Shown here piece by piece: positions 45,279 to 57,318 of a DNA stretch of 64,000 nucleotides; the first letter of the stretch is position 1, and every line of letters starts with the position of its first letter. The notes below the pieces were generated by a model, which saw nothing but the letters and a program-made list of their open reading frames with translations, was not told the DNA's origin and searched no databases. This DNA comes from Chloroflexota bacterium (GTDB lineage: Bacteria; Chloroflexota; Dehalococcoidia; GIF9; JBFMDU01). The DNA is taken from positions 300,211 to 364,210 of the forward strand of contig JBFMDU010000020.1 in NCBI GenBank assembly GCA_040753815.1. The letters run 5' to 3'. The translations under genes and the position numbers were made by a program.

Positions 45279-45731
45279 TTAACTAGCCTCCAGTTCCTTC
45301 CGGTATTTTTCGTAAGCTTCGGCCACGGATGCGTACTTGATAGATAGTATTCGGGCGGCGAGCAGGGCGGCGTTCTTGGCATTGCCAATGCCCACCGACC
45401 CCACCGGGACGCCCGATGGCATCTGGACAATGGAATAAAGGGCATCCACCCCCTTGAGTTCGCTGGTAGCAAGGGGGACACCGATGACTGGCAAATCGGT
45501 CCAACTGGCGACAACGCCGGGGAGATGTGCCGCGCCGCCGGCGCCAGCAATGATGACCTCGATGCCTTTTCGGCGGGCGCCAGAGGCGTACTCTTTTACT
45601 TTGCCCGGGGTGCGGTGCGCTGACATAATAGCGACTTCGTACTCGATGCCTAACTGCTCCAGCATTTTTAGCGCTGGTTGCATGAAGGGTTCGTCAGCCT
45701 TGCTTCCCATGACCACGCCAACTAACGGCAT
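45279..45731 (-). CDS. purE: N5-carboxyaminoimidazole ribonucleotide mutase
   Basis: [12 protein letters not shown]...AHRTP...[12 protein letters not shown]. Confidence 0.9.
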   Translation of the reverse strand: MPLVGVVMGSKADEPFMQPALKMLEQLGIEYEVAIMSAHRTPGKVKEYASGARRKGIEVIIAGAGGAAHLPGVVASWTDLPVIGVPLATSELKGVDALYSIVQMPSGVPVGSVGIGNAKNAALLAARILSIKYASVAEAYEKYRKELEAS

Positions 45732-47000
45732 CTATTTTACCTCCCTCAAGGCGATGTCTCTGCGGTAGTGACAGCCTTCAAATTGAATACGTACGATGTT
45801 CGAATATACCTTCTCTCTGGCTTGAGATATATTGTGGCCAACAGCAGTAACAGTCAAGACGCGGCCGCCGTCGGTGAGCGCTCTGTCAGACGTATCTCCA
45901 AGCTTTGTCCCGGCATGGAAGACTGCTATCTCCTTGTCCACTTTGTCTAGGCCGGTGATAGGCAGTCCGGTCTTGTAGCTTCCGGGATAGCCGCTAGAGG
46001 CCATGACCACGCCGACGCAGGCGTCGCGAGACCAGTCTAGGCTTATTCTGTTCAGGCTACCTTCAACTACGGCCATGATAGCATCAACGATGTCGCTTTT
46101 CATCCGCGGCAGGATAGCCTGAGTCTCGGGGTCGCCGAAGCGAGCGTTGAATTCAAGGACTTTCATGCCTCTCGGTGTCATCATTAAGCCTGCATAGAGG
46201 ACGCCTTTGTAGGGCATAGCTTCCCTGGACATAGCCCTAACGGTTGGTTTTAACACTTTTTCAGTGGCCTCTTTTACCTCAGTGTCACCGAAAAACCCGG
46301 GCGGGCTGTAACTGCCCATGCCGCCGGTGTTAGGGCCACGGTCGTTATCAAAAACACGCTTATAGTCACAGGCTGGGACGAGTGGAAGCACTGTATCGCC
46401 ATCGCTCAAGGCGAGGAGACTGACCTCATGACCGGTGAGGCATTCCTCGATAATGACCCTGTTGCCGGCGTTGCCAAAGACCTTGGTCACCATGGCCTCC
46501 GAGAGTGCCTTTTGCGCCTCGTCTCTGGTCTGAGCCACGGTCACACCTTTTCCGGCGGCCAGACCGTCGGCCTTGATGACCACCGGGATGGGCAAGGATT
46601 CAAGATGCTTTGAAGCTTCGGCATACGAGTCGAAGATGGCTCCTGCAGCACAGGGGATGCCGTATTTCTGCATCAGATTTTTAGAGAAGACCTTACTGGA
46701 CTCGATTTGGGCAGCGGCCTTACTCGGCCCGAAAATGCTTAGTCCCTTGCTTGTGAAGAGGTCGACGATTCCAGCGGCAAGGGGCGCTTCGGGCCCAACT
46801 ACGGTCAGGTCAATGTTGCTGTTACGGGCGAATGTTGTTAGCGATTGAAGGTCGCTGGCCTTAATAGGCAGGTTAGTACCGAGACGGGCAGTGCCGGCAT
46901 TTCCCGGGGCTATAAATAACTGCTGAACCCTGGGACTCTGTGCAATCTTCCAGGCGAGAGCATGCTCGCGGGCACCGCCACCGATGACAAGTATTTTCAA
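45732..47000 (-). CDS. purD: Phosphoribosylamine--glycine ligase
   Basis: MKILVIGGGAREHALAWK N-terminus and an ATP-grasp fold. Confidence 0.9.
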   Translation of the reverse strand: MKILVIGGGAREHALAWKIAQSPRVQQLFIAPGNAGTARLGTNLPIKASDLQSLTTFARNSNIDLTVVGPEAPLAAGIVDLFTSKGLSIFGPSKAAAQIESSKVFSKNLMQKYGIPCAAGAIFDSYAEASKHLESLPIPVVIKADGLAAGKGVTVAQTRDEAQKALSEAMVTKVFGNAGNRVIIEECLTGHEVSLLALSDGDTVLPLVPACDYKRVFDNDRGPNTGGMGSYSPPGFFGDTEVKEATEKVLKPTVRAMSREAMPYKGVLYAGLMMTPRGMKVLEFNARFGDPETQAILPRMKSDIVDAIMAVVEGSLNRISLDWSRDACVGVVMASSGYPGSYKTGLPITGLDKVDKEIAVFHAGTKLGDTSDRALTDGGRVLTVTAVGHNISQAREKVYSNIVRIQFEGCHYRRDIALREVK

Positions 47001-47013
47001 CTATAGCACTCCG

Positions 47014-48672
47014 TTACTCCCACTCTATGGTGGAAGGCGGCTTGCTGGTTATATCGTAGACAACCCTGTTAACGCCAGGAACCTCGTTGACGATGCGGTT
47101 GGAGATACAGCCGAGGAGGTCGTAAGGTAGATGGGCCCAGTCGGCAGTCATAGCATCCTCGCTGGTGACAGCGCGGATACCGACGAGATAGCCGTAGGTG
47201 CGGAAATCGCCCATGACCCCCACGCTTTTAACATCGGTTAATATGGCGAAGCTCTGCCAGAGCTGGCGGTAAAGTTTGGCCTTTTTAATTTCGTTCATGA
47301 CAATCCAGTCAGCGGCGCGCAGGATTTCCAGCTTCTCCCTGGTGACTTCACCAATAATGCGGATAGAAAGACCGGGACCGGGAAAGGGCTGGCGCCATAT
47401 CATGTCTTCAGGGAGACCGAGGGCGATTCCGACTTCGCGCACCTCATCCTTGAAGAAGTAGCGTAGAGGTTCAATTAGAGTAAGTTTCATCTGGGCCGGG
47501 AGGCCGCCGACATTATGATGCGTCTTGATTTTAGCCGCTGCCTTGCTTTCGGTAGTGGCGCTTTCGATGACATCCGGGTAAAGAGTGCCCTGGGCGAGGA
47601 AATCGACCTTGCCCAGCTTAAGGGCTTCTTCTTCGAAAACGTGGATAAACTCATTGCCGACCTGGCGGCGCTTGACTTCGGGGTCGGTGATACCTTTGAG
47701 CTGGCTTAGGAAGCGGTCGGTTGCGTCAGTATAGACGATGTTCATTTTCAGGTTGTTGCGGAAGGTATTAAGGACGCGCTCGGGCTCTTCACGCCGGAGG
47801 AGGCCGTTGTTGACGAAAATGCAGGTGAGCTGGTCACCGACTGCCTTATGGATGATAGTGGCGGCCACGGATGAATCGACGCCGCCGGAAAGAGCGCAGA
47901 TAACCTTGCCGTTCTTGACCTGCTCGCGGATGCGGGCAATGCTTTCTTGAACAAAGTTGGCCGGTGTCCAGTTGCCTTTACAGTCGCAGACCTTGTAGAG
48001 GAAGTTCTGAATGATATTCTTGCCTTGGGGAGTATGGACAACCTCGGGGTGGAACTGGATACCAAAGATACGGTTGTCTTTACCCATTACCGCGATTGGT
48101 GAGTTGTCGGTGCGGCCAAGTGCCTGGAACCCTGGCGGCATTTGTGTAATATGGTCGCCATGGCTCATCCAGACAAGCATCTGCGGCGGCAGACCGGCGA
48201 AGAGAGGCGAATCGGTACTCAGGTGAAGCATGGCTTGACCGTACTCGTGCTTGGCGCCCGGGGCTACCTGACCGCCCAGTTGTTGGGCAAGGAGCTGGTT
48301 GCCATAGCAAATGCCGAGAATTGGCAGGCCGCTTTCATAGATCTTTAGCGGCGACAACGGTGCGCCTTCAGCATAGACACTGGCCGGGCCGCCGGAAAGA
48401 ATGAAGCCCCGCGGCTTGAGCGCCATGACCTGTTCCCAGGGCGTCTCCGGTGGAAGTAATTCGCAGTAGACATGACACTCCCGGACGCGCCGAGCAATCA
48501 GCATGGCATACTGTGAGCCAAAGTTGTAAACGACGATGGTCTCTTTCTCGAGCGGATGGACTGGCTGAGTGACCGGCTGTTCGCCACGGCGTTCTTTGGC
48601 TATTTCGAGGTATGCCGAGACTTCTATATCATCACTGGTGGCGATACGGCGACTATCAGGCTGGGTGGTCAT
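47014..48672 (-). CDS. guaA: GMP synthase (glutamine-hydrolysing)
   Basis: GATase domain (GICYGNQLL), ATP-pyrophosphatase SGGVDSSV motif, and a C-terminal ...PPSTIEWE. An N-terminal extension of about 40 aa may mean the true start lies internally. Confidence 0.85.
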   Translation of the reverse strand: MTTQPDSRRIATSDDIEVSAYLEIAKERRGEQPVTQPVHPLEKETIVVYNFGSQYAMLIARRVRECHVYCELLPPETPWEQVMALKPRGFILSGGPASVYAEGAPLSPLKIYESGLPILGICYGNQLLAQQLGGQVAPGAKHEYGQAMLHLSTDSPLFAGLPPQMLVWMSHGDHITQMPPGFQALGRTDNSPIAVMGKDNRIFGIQFHPEVVHTPQGKNIIQNFLYKVCDCKGNWTPANFVQESIARIREQVKNGKVICALSGGVDSSVAATIIHKAVGDQLTCIFVNNGLLRREEPERVLNTFRNNLKMNIVYTDATDRFLSQLKGITDPEVKRRQVGNEFIHVFEEEALKLGKVDFLAQGTLYPDVIESATTESKAAAKIKTHHNVGGLPAQMKLTLIEPLRYFFKDEVREVGIALGLPEDMIWRQPFPGPGLSIRIIGEVTREKLEILRAADWIVMNEIKKAKLYRQLWQSFAILTDVKSVGVMGDFRTYGYLVGIRAVTSEDAMTADWAHLPYDLLGCISNRIVNEVPGVNRVVYDITSKPPSTIEWE

Positions 48673-48758
48673 GGAAACACTCCTGTGAAGGCATATTAAA
48701 ATGTATCATGCAGGATGTTTTTTGCCAAGTGGTGTACCGGCAGTTGGGAGGTGCCGGT

Positions 48759-49301
48759 TCAGCCGTTCGAGACTGATTTTCCGGCTTCCCAGATTTGTTT
48801 GACGGCATAACCCTGGTTGAGCAGACCGAGGTCTCGGAATTCAATTCTGGATGGCGTGACTTTGATAATGGTTCGCTCCATCGGTACCTTGTCGGTGGGG
48901 CGGCCGAGCGCTTTGTAATAAGGTTTCCAGTCGTAGGCATCAAGAGCATCCAGGTACCCCGGCTTTTCCCGGGTAATCAAGTCGGCACGGCCAGTCATCT
49001 GTATGCCTTTGACATCTTCCCAATTGGTCCAGTCGGTGAAAGGCGTGTTATAGATGCCGATACTGACTTCAGGATTGACTTTGATGTTTTCGAGCTTGAT
49101 GCCTGGGCCGGCAGAGATATAAATGGTCAGGCCGCGTGCGTAATATTCAATCGGGGTTGCTCGAGGCCGCTGGCCATTGGTGGTGCACAATACGCAGATG
49201 TTGCACGACTTGAGGAAGCCATCGATAGCCTGCTCCATCTCGGAGCGCGGTAGCTGTTTGGTGAAGCCCTGGGTTCTTAATCTGCCGAACTCGGTTGTCA
49301 T
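48759..49301 (-). CDS. Pyridoxamine 5'-phosphate oxidase-family (FMN-binding split-barrel) protein
   Basis: 180 aa. ...CNICVLCTTNGQRPRATP... split-barrel signature. Confidence 0.65.
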   Translation of the reverse strand: MTTEFGRLRTQGFTKQLPRSEMEQAIDGFLKSCNICVLCTTNGQRPRATPIEYYARGLTIYISAGPGIKLENIKVNPEVSIGIYNTPFTDWTNWEDVKGIQMTGRADLITREKPGYLDALDAYDWKPYYKALGRPTDKVPMERTIIKVTPSRIEFRDLGLLNQGYAVKQIWEAGKSVSNG

Positions 49302-49464
49302 TTCTCTGCGTCTCCTGCTCTAATGGTGCGGGAATAGTTGGCTGCTCGGCCTCGCTAATTTCAGGACAGTCTATTGCCCCGGTGGAGCCAAAATCGAAAT
49401 CGATTGTTAGGCTTGGTGTGACGCATTATAGTCCGGTCGAATGACTCAGGCAATATGTTGAGCT

Positions 49465-50100
49465 ATGCTGCGCCTCACGATTGGGCTGTGTTATACTTGC
49501 CCCACGATGGAGAGACAATTGCACAGGGCCATTTTTATTCTGCGCCGCGGGGGCATCGTCGTCTTTCCGACAGACACTGTGTATGGACTCGGTGCTGACC
49601 CGCGTAATGAGAAGGCTGTGGTTCGTATTTACGAAATCAAAGGGCGACCATCAGGTATGGCACTGCCGCTTCTGGCCTCTGGTATCCGGCAGGCCTCAGC
49701 GACGGTGGACATGACTGTTCTCGGGCGGCGGTTAGCGAGGCGTTTCTGGCCCGGCGCTCTAACTCTGGTACTGCATCGAGCTCCAGGTTTCCCCTGTTAT
49801 GTCAGCGCTGATAAAGATACCGTGGCGGTAAGGGTGCCCCGGCACTCCGTACCGGTAGCTCTGGCGCGTGGGCTTGGAGTGCCGGTAATAGGTACTAGCG
49901 CCAACCTCAGTGGCTGGCCGAGTGCCAGGACGGCTGACGAGGCTATCAGACAACTGGCCGGGTTGGTTGATGTAATAATCGATCGTGGTCCGTGCCGCGG
50001 AGGCATCGAGTCCACGGTGGTGGATGCAACCGGTGACAGGCCGGTCATAATGCGTCTTGGTGCGATATCGGAGGAGGCGGTCCACTCAGTTCTTAAGTGA
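49465..50100 (+). CDS. tsaC: L-threonylcarbamoyladenylate synthase (YrdC/Sua5-domain)
   Basis: IVVFPTDTVYGLGADP...KGRP motif. The start may be the internal Met at 49507. Confidence 0.8.
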   Translation: MLRLTIGLCYTCPTMERQLHRAIFILRRGGIVVFPTDTVYGLGADPRNEKAVVRIYEIKGRPSGMALPLLASGIRQASATVDMTVLGRRLARRFWPGALTLVLHRAPGFPCYVSADKDTVAVRVPRHSVPVALARGLGVPVIGTSANLSGWPSARTADEAIRQLAGLVDVIIDRGPCRGGIESTVVDATGDRPVIMRLGAISEEAVHSVLK

Positions 50101-50122
50101 AAATAGATTGGAGGTAAGGGAT

Positions 50123-50578
50123 ATGCGGATAGTGCTTGGATGCGACCACAGAGGGTTGGTGTTGAAACAAGCAGTGATGAGGCTGCTTGGTGAGATGGGG
50201 CATGAGTTCGAGGATCTCGGGTCGTTTAACACGGTATCGGTGGACTATCCGGATATAGCCGTCAAGGTAGGCCATACGGTGGCTTCTGCTCAGGCTGATT
50301 ACGGTGTGCTGGTGTGTAGCAGCGGTGTTGGAATGAGTATCGCCGCTAATAAGGTTAAAGGAGTACGGGCGGCTCTATGTGGGGATATGCTTAGCGCCCG
50401 GCGCGCCCGTCTTCATAACGATGCTAACGTGTTGTGCCTCGGTCAGGACATAGTTGGAGAAGGTCTGGCCATGGAGATAGTAAAGACCTTTCTGACTACT
50501 GGCTTTGAGGGTGGACGGCATGCTCGACGTTTGGATAAGGTACGGGAGATTGAAGCCAAATTCCTTGACAGGTCATAG
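50123..50578 (+). CDS. rpiB: Ribose-5-phosphate isomerase B
   Basis: MRIVLGCDHRGLVLK...LVCSSGVGMSIAANK. Start set at the Met preceded by GGAGG; the ORF track starts at 50057. Confidence 0.85.
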   Translation: MRIVLGCDHRGLVLKQAVMRLLGEMGHEFEDLGSFNTVSVDYPDIAVKVGHTVASAQADYGVLVCSSGVGMSIAANKVKGVRAALCGDMLSARRARLHNDANVLCLGQDIVGEGLAMEIVKTFLTTGFEGGRHARRLDKVREIEAKFLDRS

Positions 50579-50634
50579 GTGCTATGTTACATTTGAGGTT
50601 CGGCTTTGCGTAGCTATGAACTAAGGGACGTTTT

Positions 50635-52305
50635 TTGAGGGCTGTTTCGGTGAAGAGTGACGCTATAAAGAAAGGCGTTGAGCGGGCATCGCACCGCAGT
50701 CTTCTACACGCGCTCGGCTGTACCAGACAAGACTTCTCGCGGCCGTTTATTGGTATTATCAACAGCTTCAGCGAGATCGTACCTGGACATATCCACTTGG
50801 GCTCGATATCCGACGCCGTGAAGGAAGGTGTCAGGGCGGCCGGCGGTGTTCCTTTTGAAGTGAATACTATTGCGGTTTGTGATGGGATAGCTATGGGGCA
50901 TGCTGGTATGAAATTCAGTCTGCCCAGCCGTGAGCTTATTGCTGATTCGGTCGAGGTAGTAGTTTCAGCGCATGCCTTTGACGGTCTGGTCTTTATCCCG
51001 AACTGCGATAAGGTTATTCCGGGAATGTTGATGGCCGCAGTGCGGTTGAACATACCTGCTATCTTTATCAGTGGCGGTCCGATGCTGGCTGGACGTCTTA
51101 GGGACGGCTCAGTAGTTGATCTAAACTCGGTGTTTTTAGCCGTCGGCAAAGTGGCTAAGGGTGAGATGAAGGAGGCGCAATTGGTTGAGTTGGAGGAGGC
51201 GGCTTGCCCTGGCTGCGGTAGTTGCTCTGGTATGTTTACGGCTAATACCATGAACTGCCTTTCTGAGGCACTGGGGATGGCGTTGCCGGGCAACGGGACG
51301 GTACCGGCGACCGCATCAAAGCGCCTGAAACTGGCACACGATGCCGGCAGGAAAATACTCGACCTGCTGAAGGACAACGTCTGCCCGAGAGATATCATAA
51401 CCCCTGAGGCGATACGTAATGCTTTCGTAGTTGATATGGCACTGGGCGGTAGTACCAACTCGGTTCTGCACTTGATTGCCATCGGAAGCGAAGCTGGCTT
51501 TCTATTTCCGCTGTCCGAAATAAATAAGATAAGCGCTCGAACGCCGTATCTAAGCAAGCTGGCGCCGGCTGGTGAGCATCATATAGAGGATCTCGACCTG
51601 GCTGGCGGCATTCCCGCGATCATGGCTGAAGTGCGACCCCTTTTAGACACAAAGGTCAGAACTGTCACTGGCACCCTGGCGGATACTATCGACAAGGCGA
51701 AGGTATATAACCGGCAGGTGATACGTCCGAAGTCGGCACCGCATTCGAAAACCGGTGGTCTCGCTATTTTGTTCGGCAACCTGGCGCCGGATGGTGCCGT
51801 AGTTAAGGCTGGCGCGGTAGCTCCTAACATGCTTAAACATCATGGATCAGCTCGCGTTTTCGATGATGAAGAAATGGCCACATCAGCCATAGCAAAGGGG
51901 AAAATCAAGCCTGGAGACGTGGTGGTCATACGTTATGAAGGCCCAAGAGGTGGGCCGGGCATGAGAGAGATGCTGGTGCCGACATCTCTTTTGAGTGGTA
52001 TGGGGCTTGACAGCACGGTCGCTCTGATAACCGACGGCCGGTTTTCCGGCGCGAGTAAAGGCGCGGCTATCGGTCATGTTTCTCCTGAAGCCGCGGCCGG
52101 AGGACCAATTGCTGCCCTGCGCGAGGGTGACATTGTCGATATCAATATATCAGAACGTAGACTGGAAGTAAGATTGACCGAACGGGAAATTAAGAAACGG
52201 TTAGCGATGGTTCCGTCATTTGAGCCGAAGGTGAAGACGGGGTATCTGAAGAGATATGCGGAGAGGGTGACTTCAGCCAGCACCGGGGCAATTTTCTCAA
52301 AGTAA
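50635..52305 (+). CDS. ilvD: Dihydroxy-acid dehydratase
   Basis: CDGIAMGH and the C-terminal GGPIA...SGxxKG motifs. Confidence 0.9.
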   Translation: MRAVSVKSDAIKKGVERASHRSLLHALGCTRQDFSRPFIGIINSFSEIVPGHIHLGSISDAVKEGVRAAGGVPFEVNTIAVCDGIAMGHAGMKFSLPSRELIADSVEVVVSAHAFDGLVFIPNCDKVIPGMLMAAVRLNIPAIFISGGPMLAGRLRDGSVVDLNSVFLAVGKVAKGEMKEAQLVELEEAACPGCGSCSGMFTANTMNCLSEALGMALPGNGTVPATASKRLKLAHDAGRKILDLLKDNVCPRDIITPEAIRNAFVVDMALGGSTNSVLHLIAIGSEAGFLFPLSEINKISARTPYLSKLAPAGEHHIEDLDLAGGIPAIMAEVRPLLDTKVRTVTGTLADTIDKAKVYNRQVIRPKSAPHSKTGGLAILFGNLAPDGAVVKAGAVAPNMLKHHGSARVFDDEEMATSAIAKGKIKPGDVVVIRYEGPRGGPGMREMLVPTSLLSGMGLDSTVALITDGRFSGASKGAAIGHVSPEAAAGGPIAALREGDIVDINISERRLEVRLTEREIKKRLAMVPSFEPKVKTGYLKRYAERVTSASTGAIFSK

Positions 52306-52316
52306 AGGTCGAATAC

Positions 52317-54014
52317 ATGAAGAAGACTGGCGCGGAAATACTGTGTGAGAGCTTGATTAAGGAAGGCGTGGAGGTCATTTTTGGCTTCCCCGGCGGTGTG
52401 CTTTTACCGCTTTACGATGCTTTTCCGAAATACCCGCAATTGCGGCATATTCTGGTTCGTCATGAGCAAGGTGCGGCTCATGCCGCTGATGGGTATGCTA
52501 GGGTTGCTGGTAAACCGGGTGTCTGTCTGGCAACTTCTGGACCAGGCGCCACCAACCTGGTTACGGGAATTGCCAACGCATGCCTGGACTCCTCGCCGGT
52601 GATTGCCATCACTGGCCAGGTGGCTAAACCATTCATTGGCAAGGATGCCTTCCAGGAGGTTGACATAACGGGAATAACCTTGCCAATTACAAAACATAAC
52701 TATTCGGTTAGGAGTGCCGCGGATATTGCGAGGGTAGTTAAGGAATCGTTTCTTATAGCTAAGACTGGTCGGCCGGGTCCAGTGCTGATTGATATTCCAC
52801 GCGATGTATTTACCGAAAGTGCCGAGGCTCGTCATCCGGATAAGGTTAACCTGCCCAGCTATAAACCGGTGCTTTACGGCCATCCAACGCAAATCAGGCG
52901 CGCGGCTGAACTGATTAACGGGGCCAAGAAGCCATTAGTCATAGCCGGACGTGGCGTCATTGTTTCTGAGGCGTACCAGGAAATTAAAGAACTAGCGGAG
53001 AAAGCCCAAATACCATTGGTGACTACCCTTCTAGGTATAGGTTGCTTCCCGGAGACGCACGTACTTTCTTACGGTATGATTGGTATGCACGGTATGGCGT
53101 ATGCAAATACCGCGGTTGATCAGGCGGATGTAGTAGTTGCCGTTGGTATGAGGTTTGACGACCGGGCAACCGGTAAGGTGAGTTCGTTCGCGCCGCGGGC
53201 CAGCATCATTCACATTGATATTGACCCGGCTGAGATTGGCAAGAATGTGCGTGTTGACGTCCCAATTGTGGGCGATGTTAAGAACGTTCTACAGGCGCTT
53301 AACAAACAGATAACGCCGGCTGACCACGTGGATTGGCTGAGGGATCTGGACGAATATCGCAGGTGTCATCCATCGATGGACATTCGTGAGACAGACAAGC
53401 TTCTGCCGCAGTACGTAATCAGGCAGATATTTGAAGCGACCCATGGCGAAGCTAGGATTGTAACAGGCGTTGGCCAGCATCAGATGTGGTCAGCCCAGCA
53501 CTTTTACTATGTTAAGCCAAACAGCCTGATATCGTCGGGTGGTCTGGGGACGATGGGGTTTGAGCTTCCGGCTTCAATGGGCGTAAAAGTCGCGTGTCCT
53601 GATGAAACTGTCTGGTGTATTGCCGGTGATGGCGGTTTCCAGATGACGCTTCAAGAACTTGCTACCATCGCCTGTGAGAAGATAGCCGTTAAAGTCGCCA
53701 TCATCAATAACGGCTTCCTGGGTATGGTCAGGCAATGGCAGGAGTTGTTCTATGGCAAGCGCTATGTGGCGACTCCTCTCTACGGGCCCGACTTTGTCAA
53801 GCTGGTAGACGCCTATGGAATCTCCGGTCTGAGGGTGTCCGATAAGAAACAGGTGCCTGCTGCAATACAAAAGGCTATGGCGCATGACGGACCGTTTGTT
53901 ATTGATTTCCAGGTAGACCCTGAAGAAAATGTCTTTCCAATGGTTCCCCCCGGCGCATCAATTGCGGAGTGTATTGAGATGCCCAGGCCAGAAACAGTCG
54001 ACAGCCGCAGGTAA
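52317..54014 (+). CDS. ilvB: Acetolactate synthase large subunit
   Basis: TPP-binding GDGGFQM motif and the FAD domain. Confidence 0.9.
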   Translation: MKKTGAEILCESLIKEGVEVIFGFPGGVLLPLYDAFPKYPQLRHILVRHEQGAAHAADGYARVAGKPGVCLATSGPGATNLVTGIANACLDSSPVIAITGQVAKPFIGKDAFQEVDITGITLPITKHNYSVRSAADIARVVKESFLIAKTGRPGPVLIDIPRDVFTESAEARHPDKVNLPSYKPVLYGHPTQIRRAAELINGAKKPLVIAGRGVIVSEAYQEIKELAEKAQIPLVTTLLGIGCFPETHVLSYGMIGMHGMAYANTAVDQADVVVAVGMRFDDRATGKVSSFAPRASIIHIDIDPAEIGKNVRVDVPIVGDVKNVLQALNKQITPADHVDWLRDLDEYRRCHPSMDIRETDKLLPQYVIRQIFEATHGEARIVTGVGQHQMWSAQHFYYVKPNSLISSGGLGTMGFELPASMGVKVACPDETVWCIAGDGGFQMTLQELATIACEKIAVKVAIINNGFLGMVRQWQELFYGKRYVATPLYGPDFVKLVDAYGISGLRVSDKKQVPAAIQKAMAHDGPFVIDFQVDPEENVFPMVPPGASIAECIEMPRPETVDSRR

Positions 54015-54042
54015 AACGCCGGACGTCAGGAGGATTCTTTAA

Positions 54043-54612
54043 ATGAATGGTCTGTATCATACGCTGGTGGCACTGGTTGAAGATCGGCCCGGGGTGCTAA
54101 ACCGCGTCTCCAGTGTACTTCGACGACGTGATTTCAACATTGAGAGTATCGCCGTCGGGCGGACCGATCAGCCCGAACTTTCACGTATGACAATCGTGGT
54201 CAATGCCGAGTCAGCTAACGTTGAACAGGTCAGGAAACAACTGGCTAAGCTAATCGACGTAGTAAAAATCATTGACATCACCGGGGAGAGTAAGGTTGAG
54301 CGCGAGTTGGCTTTGATAAAAGTCAGGACCTCTCCTGCAACACGCGGCGAGATTATTCATATTGTTAATATCTTTCGCGCTAACATCGTTGATGTGGCGC
54401 CGGATTCAATGATTGTGGAAGTGACCGGTGACGAGGACAAGATTACGTCTCTTCTCGCGCTTTTCCAGGGGTTTGGTATCAAAGAAATGGCCAGAACCGG
54501 ACGGATAGCAATTACCCGCGGCGGTATCGGTCCGCTTGTTGTGGAAGAAGAGCCGAAGGTGGTCAGACAGGCAAGGAAGCCGCCGGTGCCGGAGAGTCCA
54601 GCGAACTGGTAG
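54043..54612 (+). CDS. ilvN: Acetolactate synthase small (regulatory) subunit
   Basis: ACT domain HTLVALVEDRPGVLNRVSSVLRRRDFNIESI. Confidence 0.9.
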   Translation: MNGLYHTLVALVEDRPGVLNRVSSVLRRRDFNIESIAVGRTDQPELSRMTIVVNAESANVEQVRKQLAKLIDVVKIIDITGESKVERELALIKVRTSPATRGEIIHIVNIFRANIVDVAPDSMIVEVTGDEDKITSLLALFQGFGIKEMARTGRIAITRGGIGPLVVEEEPKVVRQARKPPVPESPANW

Positions 54613-54721
54613 CACTCTGCCGGAGCAGAGCGCGGCAGGCTGTGTTTCTGCTGTCAGTAAGTTATTCGACCCCATTCGCTGTATGATTTACCCGGATTAG
54701 AAATACTTTGAGGAGGTTTAA

Positions 54722-55717
54722 GTGGCTAAAGTTTACTATGACAAAGATGCAGACCTGAATTTACTCAAAGGCAGGACGATAGGCATCATCGGATTTGGGA
54801 GTCAGGGTCATGCCCATGCGCAGAACCTGAGGGACAGCGGCTGTCAGGTGATAGTTGCCGAAGCACCGGGAACCGATGGCTGGAAGAATGCTCAGGCCGC
54901 CGGATTTAAAGTGGCTACGGCGGTTGACACTGCAAGAGAGGCATCGATTATCGTGATGCTTGTCCCTGATAACCTTCAGCCGATCATCTATCGTGAGGCG
55001 GTTGAAAAGTCGTTAACTCAAGGGAAGATGTTAATGTTCGCTCACGGCTTTAATATCCACTTTGGCCAGATTATTCCGCCGCCGGGGGTCGATGTCACTA
55101 TGATCGCCCCCAAGGCACCAGGTCGGATGGTTCGTGAACTTTATGCTCAGGGGTCTGGGGTGCCGGCATTGGTGGCTGTGGAGCGGGATGCTTCAGGCAA
55201 GGCGAAAGCGGTTGCGCTGGCTTATGCTAAGGGAATTGGTACGACACGTGCCGGCGTCATCGAGACGACTTTTGCTGAGGAGACAGAGACTGACCTCTTT
55301 GGTGAACAGGCAGTGCTATGCGGCGGCATCTCGCACTTGATCAAAGCGGGTTTTGATACGCTGGTAAAAGCTGGCTATCAACCGGAAATAGCGTACTTCG
55401 AGTGTTTGCATGAGTGCAAACTGATCATTGACCTCATCTATCAGGGCGGCATAAGCTACATGCGGGATGTGGTCAGCGATACCGCCGAGTATGGCGACTA
55501 CAGCCGCGGCCCCAGGGTCATTAATGATGAGGTGAAGGCGGAGATGTCACGGATACTATCGGAGGTACAGAACGGCTCGTTTGCCAGGGAGTGGATACTT
55601 GAGAACCAGGCTGGCCGTCCGAGCTTTAACATCATGAAGCGTAATGAGTCCCAGAGTCAGATTGAGGAAGTTGGCAAGGAGCTGAGGGGGATGATGCCCT
55701 GGCTGAAGAAGACCTAG
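54722..55717 (+). CDS. ilvC: Ketol-acid reductoisomerase
   Basis: GTG start after [25 protein letters not shown] Rossmann motif. Confidence 0.9.
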   Translation: MAKVYYDKDADLNLLKGRTIGIIGFGSQGHAHAQNLRDSGCQVIVAEAPGTDGWKNAQAAGFKVATAVDTAREASIIVMLVPDNLQPIIYREAVEKSLTQGKMLMFAHGFNIHFGQIIPPPGVDVTMIAPKAPGRMVRELYAQGSGVPALVAVERDASGKAKAVALAYAKGIGTTRAGVIETTFAEETETDLFGEQAVLCGGISHLIKAGFDTLVKAGYQPEIAYFECLHECKLIIDLIYQGGISYMRDVVSDTAEYGDYSRGPRVINDEVKAEMSRILSEVQNGSFAREWILENQAGRPSFNIMKRNESQSQIEEVGKELRGMMPWLKKT

Positions 55718-55743
55718 GGTGCTTGAGAAACCGGGAGGAAGGC

Positions 55744-57318
55744 ATGGAAAGAGTCATCATCTTTGACACTACGTTAAGAGACGGGGAGCAGGCAGCGGGC
55801 GCCACTCTTAACATCCAGGAGAAGCTGGAGATTGCACGTCAGCTTGAGCGTCTTGGTGTAGATGTCATCGAGGCGGGCTTTCCGGCCAGTTCCCCCGGCG
55901 ATTTCGAAGCTGTGCGTATTATTGCTAGGGAGGTGCGGAGGCCGGTTATCTGCGCACTTACGCACGCTAATATCAAAGCGATTGACCGCGCCTGGGAAGC
56001 GATTAAAGAAGCAAAGCATCCGCGCCTTCATGTATTCCTTTCATCTTCGGATATACACATGAGTTACCAACTCGGCCGGAGCCGTCAGGAAGTTCTTGAA
56101 ATGACACGGACGGCGGTCGCCCACGCAAGACGTTGTTGCCATGACGTGGAGTTCTCGCCAATGGATGCCACTAGGGCCGAATCGTCATTCCTGTATAAAG
56201 TAGTAGAGGCGGCAATTAGCGCCGGGGCTGCTACGGTGAACATACCGGATACGGTCGGGTATGCCATCCCGACGGAGTTTGGCAAGTTAATCCACAGCAT
56301 AATTAGTAACGTGCCGAACGCTAATAAGGTGGTATTCAGTGTCCATTGTCACAATGACCTGGGTATGGCGGTAGCCAACAGCCTGGAAGCGGTCCGTCAG
56401 GGCGCGCGGCAGGTAGAGTGTACCGTTAACGGAATTGGCGAGCGTGCCGGTAACGCGTCACTGGAAGAAATTGTAATGGCGATAAAGACACGGAACGACC
56501 TATTAGACTTCACTACGGGTGTGAACACCACTGAAATATATCGTTCCAGCCGTCTGGTTAGTGACCTGACCGGTTTTGCTGTTCAGCCGAACAAGGCAAT
56601 TGTTGGCGCCAACGCCTTCCGTCATCAGTCGGGTATTCACCAGGACGGGGTTATTAAAAGGTCAATTACCTACGAGATAATGGACCCGCGTTCAGTCGGT
56701 ATTCCGGCTAGCAGTCTAGTGCTTGGCAAGCTGAGCGGCCGGCACGCCTTTCGTGAGCGGCTGGCGGAATTAGGTTATACACTGCCAAAAGCTGAGTTAG
56801 ACCGCGCCTTTGATGCTTTTAAGCAACTGGCAGATAAAAAGAAGGAAGTTACTGACCGCGATATTGAATCTCTGGTGGCTGAAGAGCGGCGTACTTTCAC
56901 CGAGGTCTATCATCTGGACCATGTCGGTGTCTCCTGCGGTAGTAATTCTATTCCGACGGCTACCGTGAGGCTTGTGGGACCGGGAGGTAAAGTGCTGGCT
57001 GACGCCGCGCTGGGTACCGGACCCGTTGACGCGGTCTACAAAGCCATTAACCGCATCGTCGGGGTTCCCAATAAATTGACCGAGTTCAGCGTGAATTCCG
57101 TTACTGAGGGTATTGATGCTATCGGCGAGGTGTTGATACGGATTGAGAGCTATGGGGTGACTTATACTGGCCGCGGTGCCGCCACAGACATTATTGTGGC
57201 TAGTGCCAAGGCTTACATGAACGCGCTCAATCGCTTGCTGGCGGCTGAGAAGCGGGTGGGAGGATCGGCGGGATTAGGGGGAAAATTCGTACGTAAGCCC
57301 GTGAGGGGTAAGAAGTGA
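55744..57318 (+). CDS. leuA: 2-isopropylmalate synthase
   Basis: [16 protein letters not shown] after a GGGAGGAAGG ribosome-binding site. HxH metal site ...[12 protein letters not shown]. LeuA-type C-terminal regulatory domain. Confidence 0.85.
   Translation: MERVIIFDTTLRDGEQAAGATLNIQEKLEIARQLERLGVDVIEAGFPASSPGDFEAVRIIAREVRRPVICALTHANIKAIDRAWEAIKEAKHPRLHVFLSSSDIHMSYQLGRSRQEVLEMTRTAVAHARRCCHDVEFSPMDATRAESSFLYKVVEAAISAGAATVNIPDTVGYAIPTEFGKLIHSIISNVPNANKVVFSVHCHNDLGMAVANSLEAVRQGARQVECTVNGIGERAGNASLEEIVMAIKTRNDLLDFTTGVNTTEIYRSSRLVSDLTGFAVQPNKAIVGANAFRHQSGIHQDGVIKRSITYEIMDPRSVGIPASSLVLGKLSGRHAFRERLAELGYTLPKAELDRAFDAFKQLADKKKEVTDRDIESLVAEERRTFTEVYHLDHVGVSCGSNSIPTATVRLVGPGGKVLADAALGTGPVDAVYKAINRIVGVPNKLTEFSVNSVTEGIDAIGEVLIRIESYGVTYTGRGAATDIIVASAKAYMNALNRLLAAEKRVGGSAGLGGKFVRKPVRGKK

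Noticed and set aside
43970-45550. 526-aa form of PurB with a 91-aa N-terminal extension
   Set aside because: The extension runs antisense through the purE 3' region and is Pro/Ser-rich. The conserved PurB N-terminus (IERYSRP) starts at a TTG preceded by GGAGG, 1 nt after the purE stop.
48673-48758. Possible purine riboswitch or terminator between the PNPOx-like gene and guaA
   Set aside because: There is a hairpin (ACCGGCA...TGCCGGT) but no following U-tract on the transcribed strand, and no purine-riboswitch conserved core in the leader when read by eye.
50579-50634. T-box or leader-peptide attenuator upstream of ilvD
   Set aside because: The intergenic region is only about 55 nt, with no specifier-loop/antiterminator arrangement and no small Leu/Ile/Val-rich ORF.
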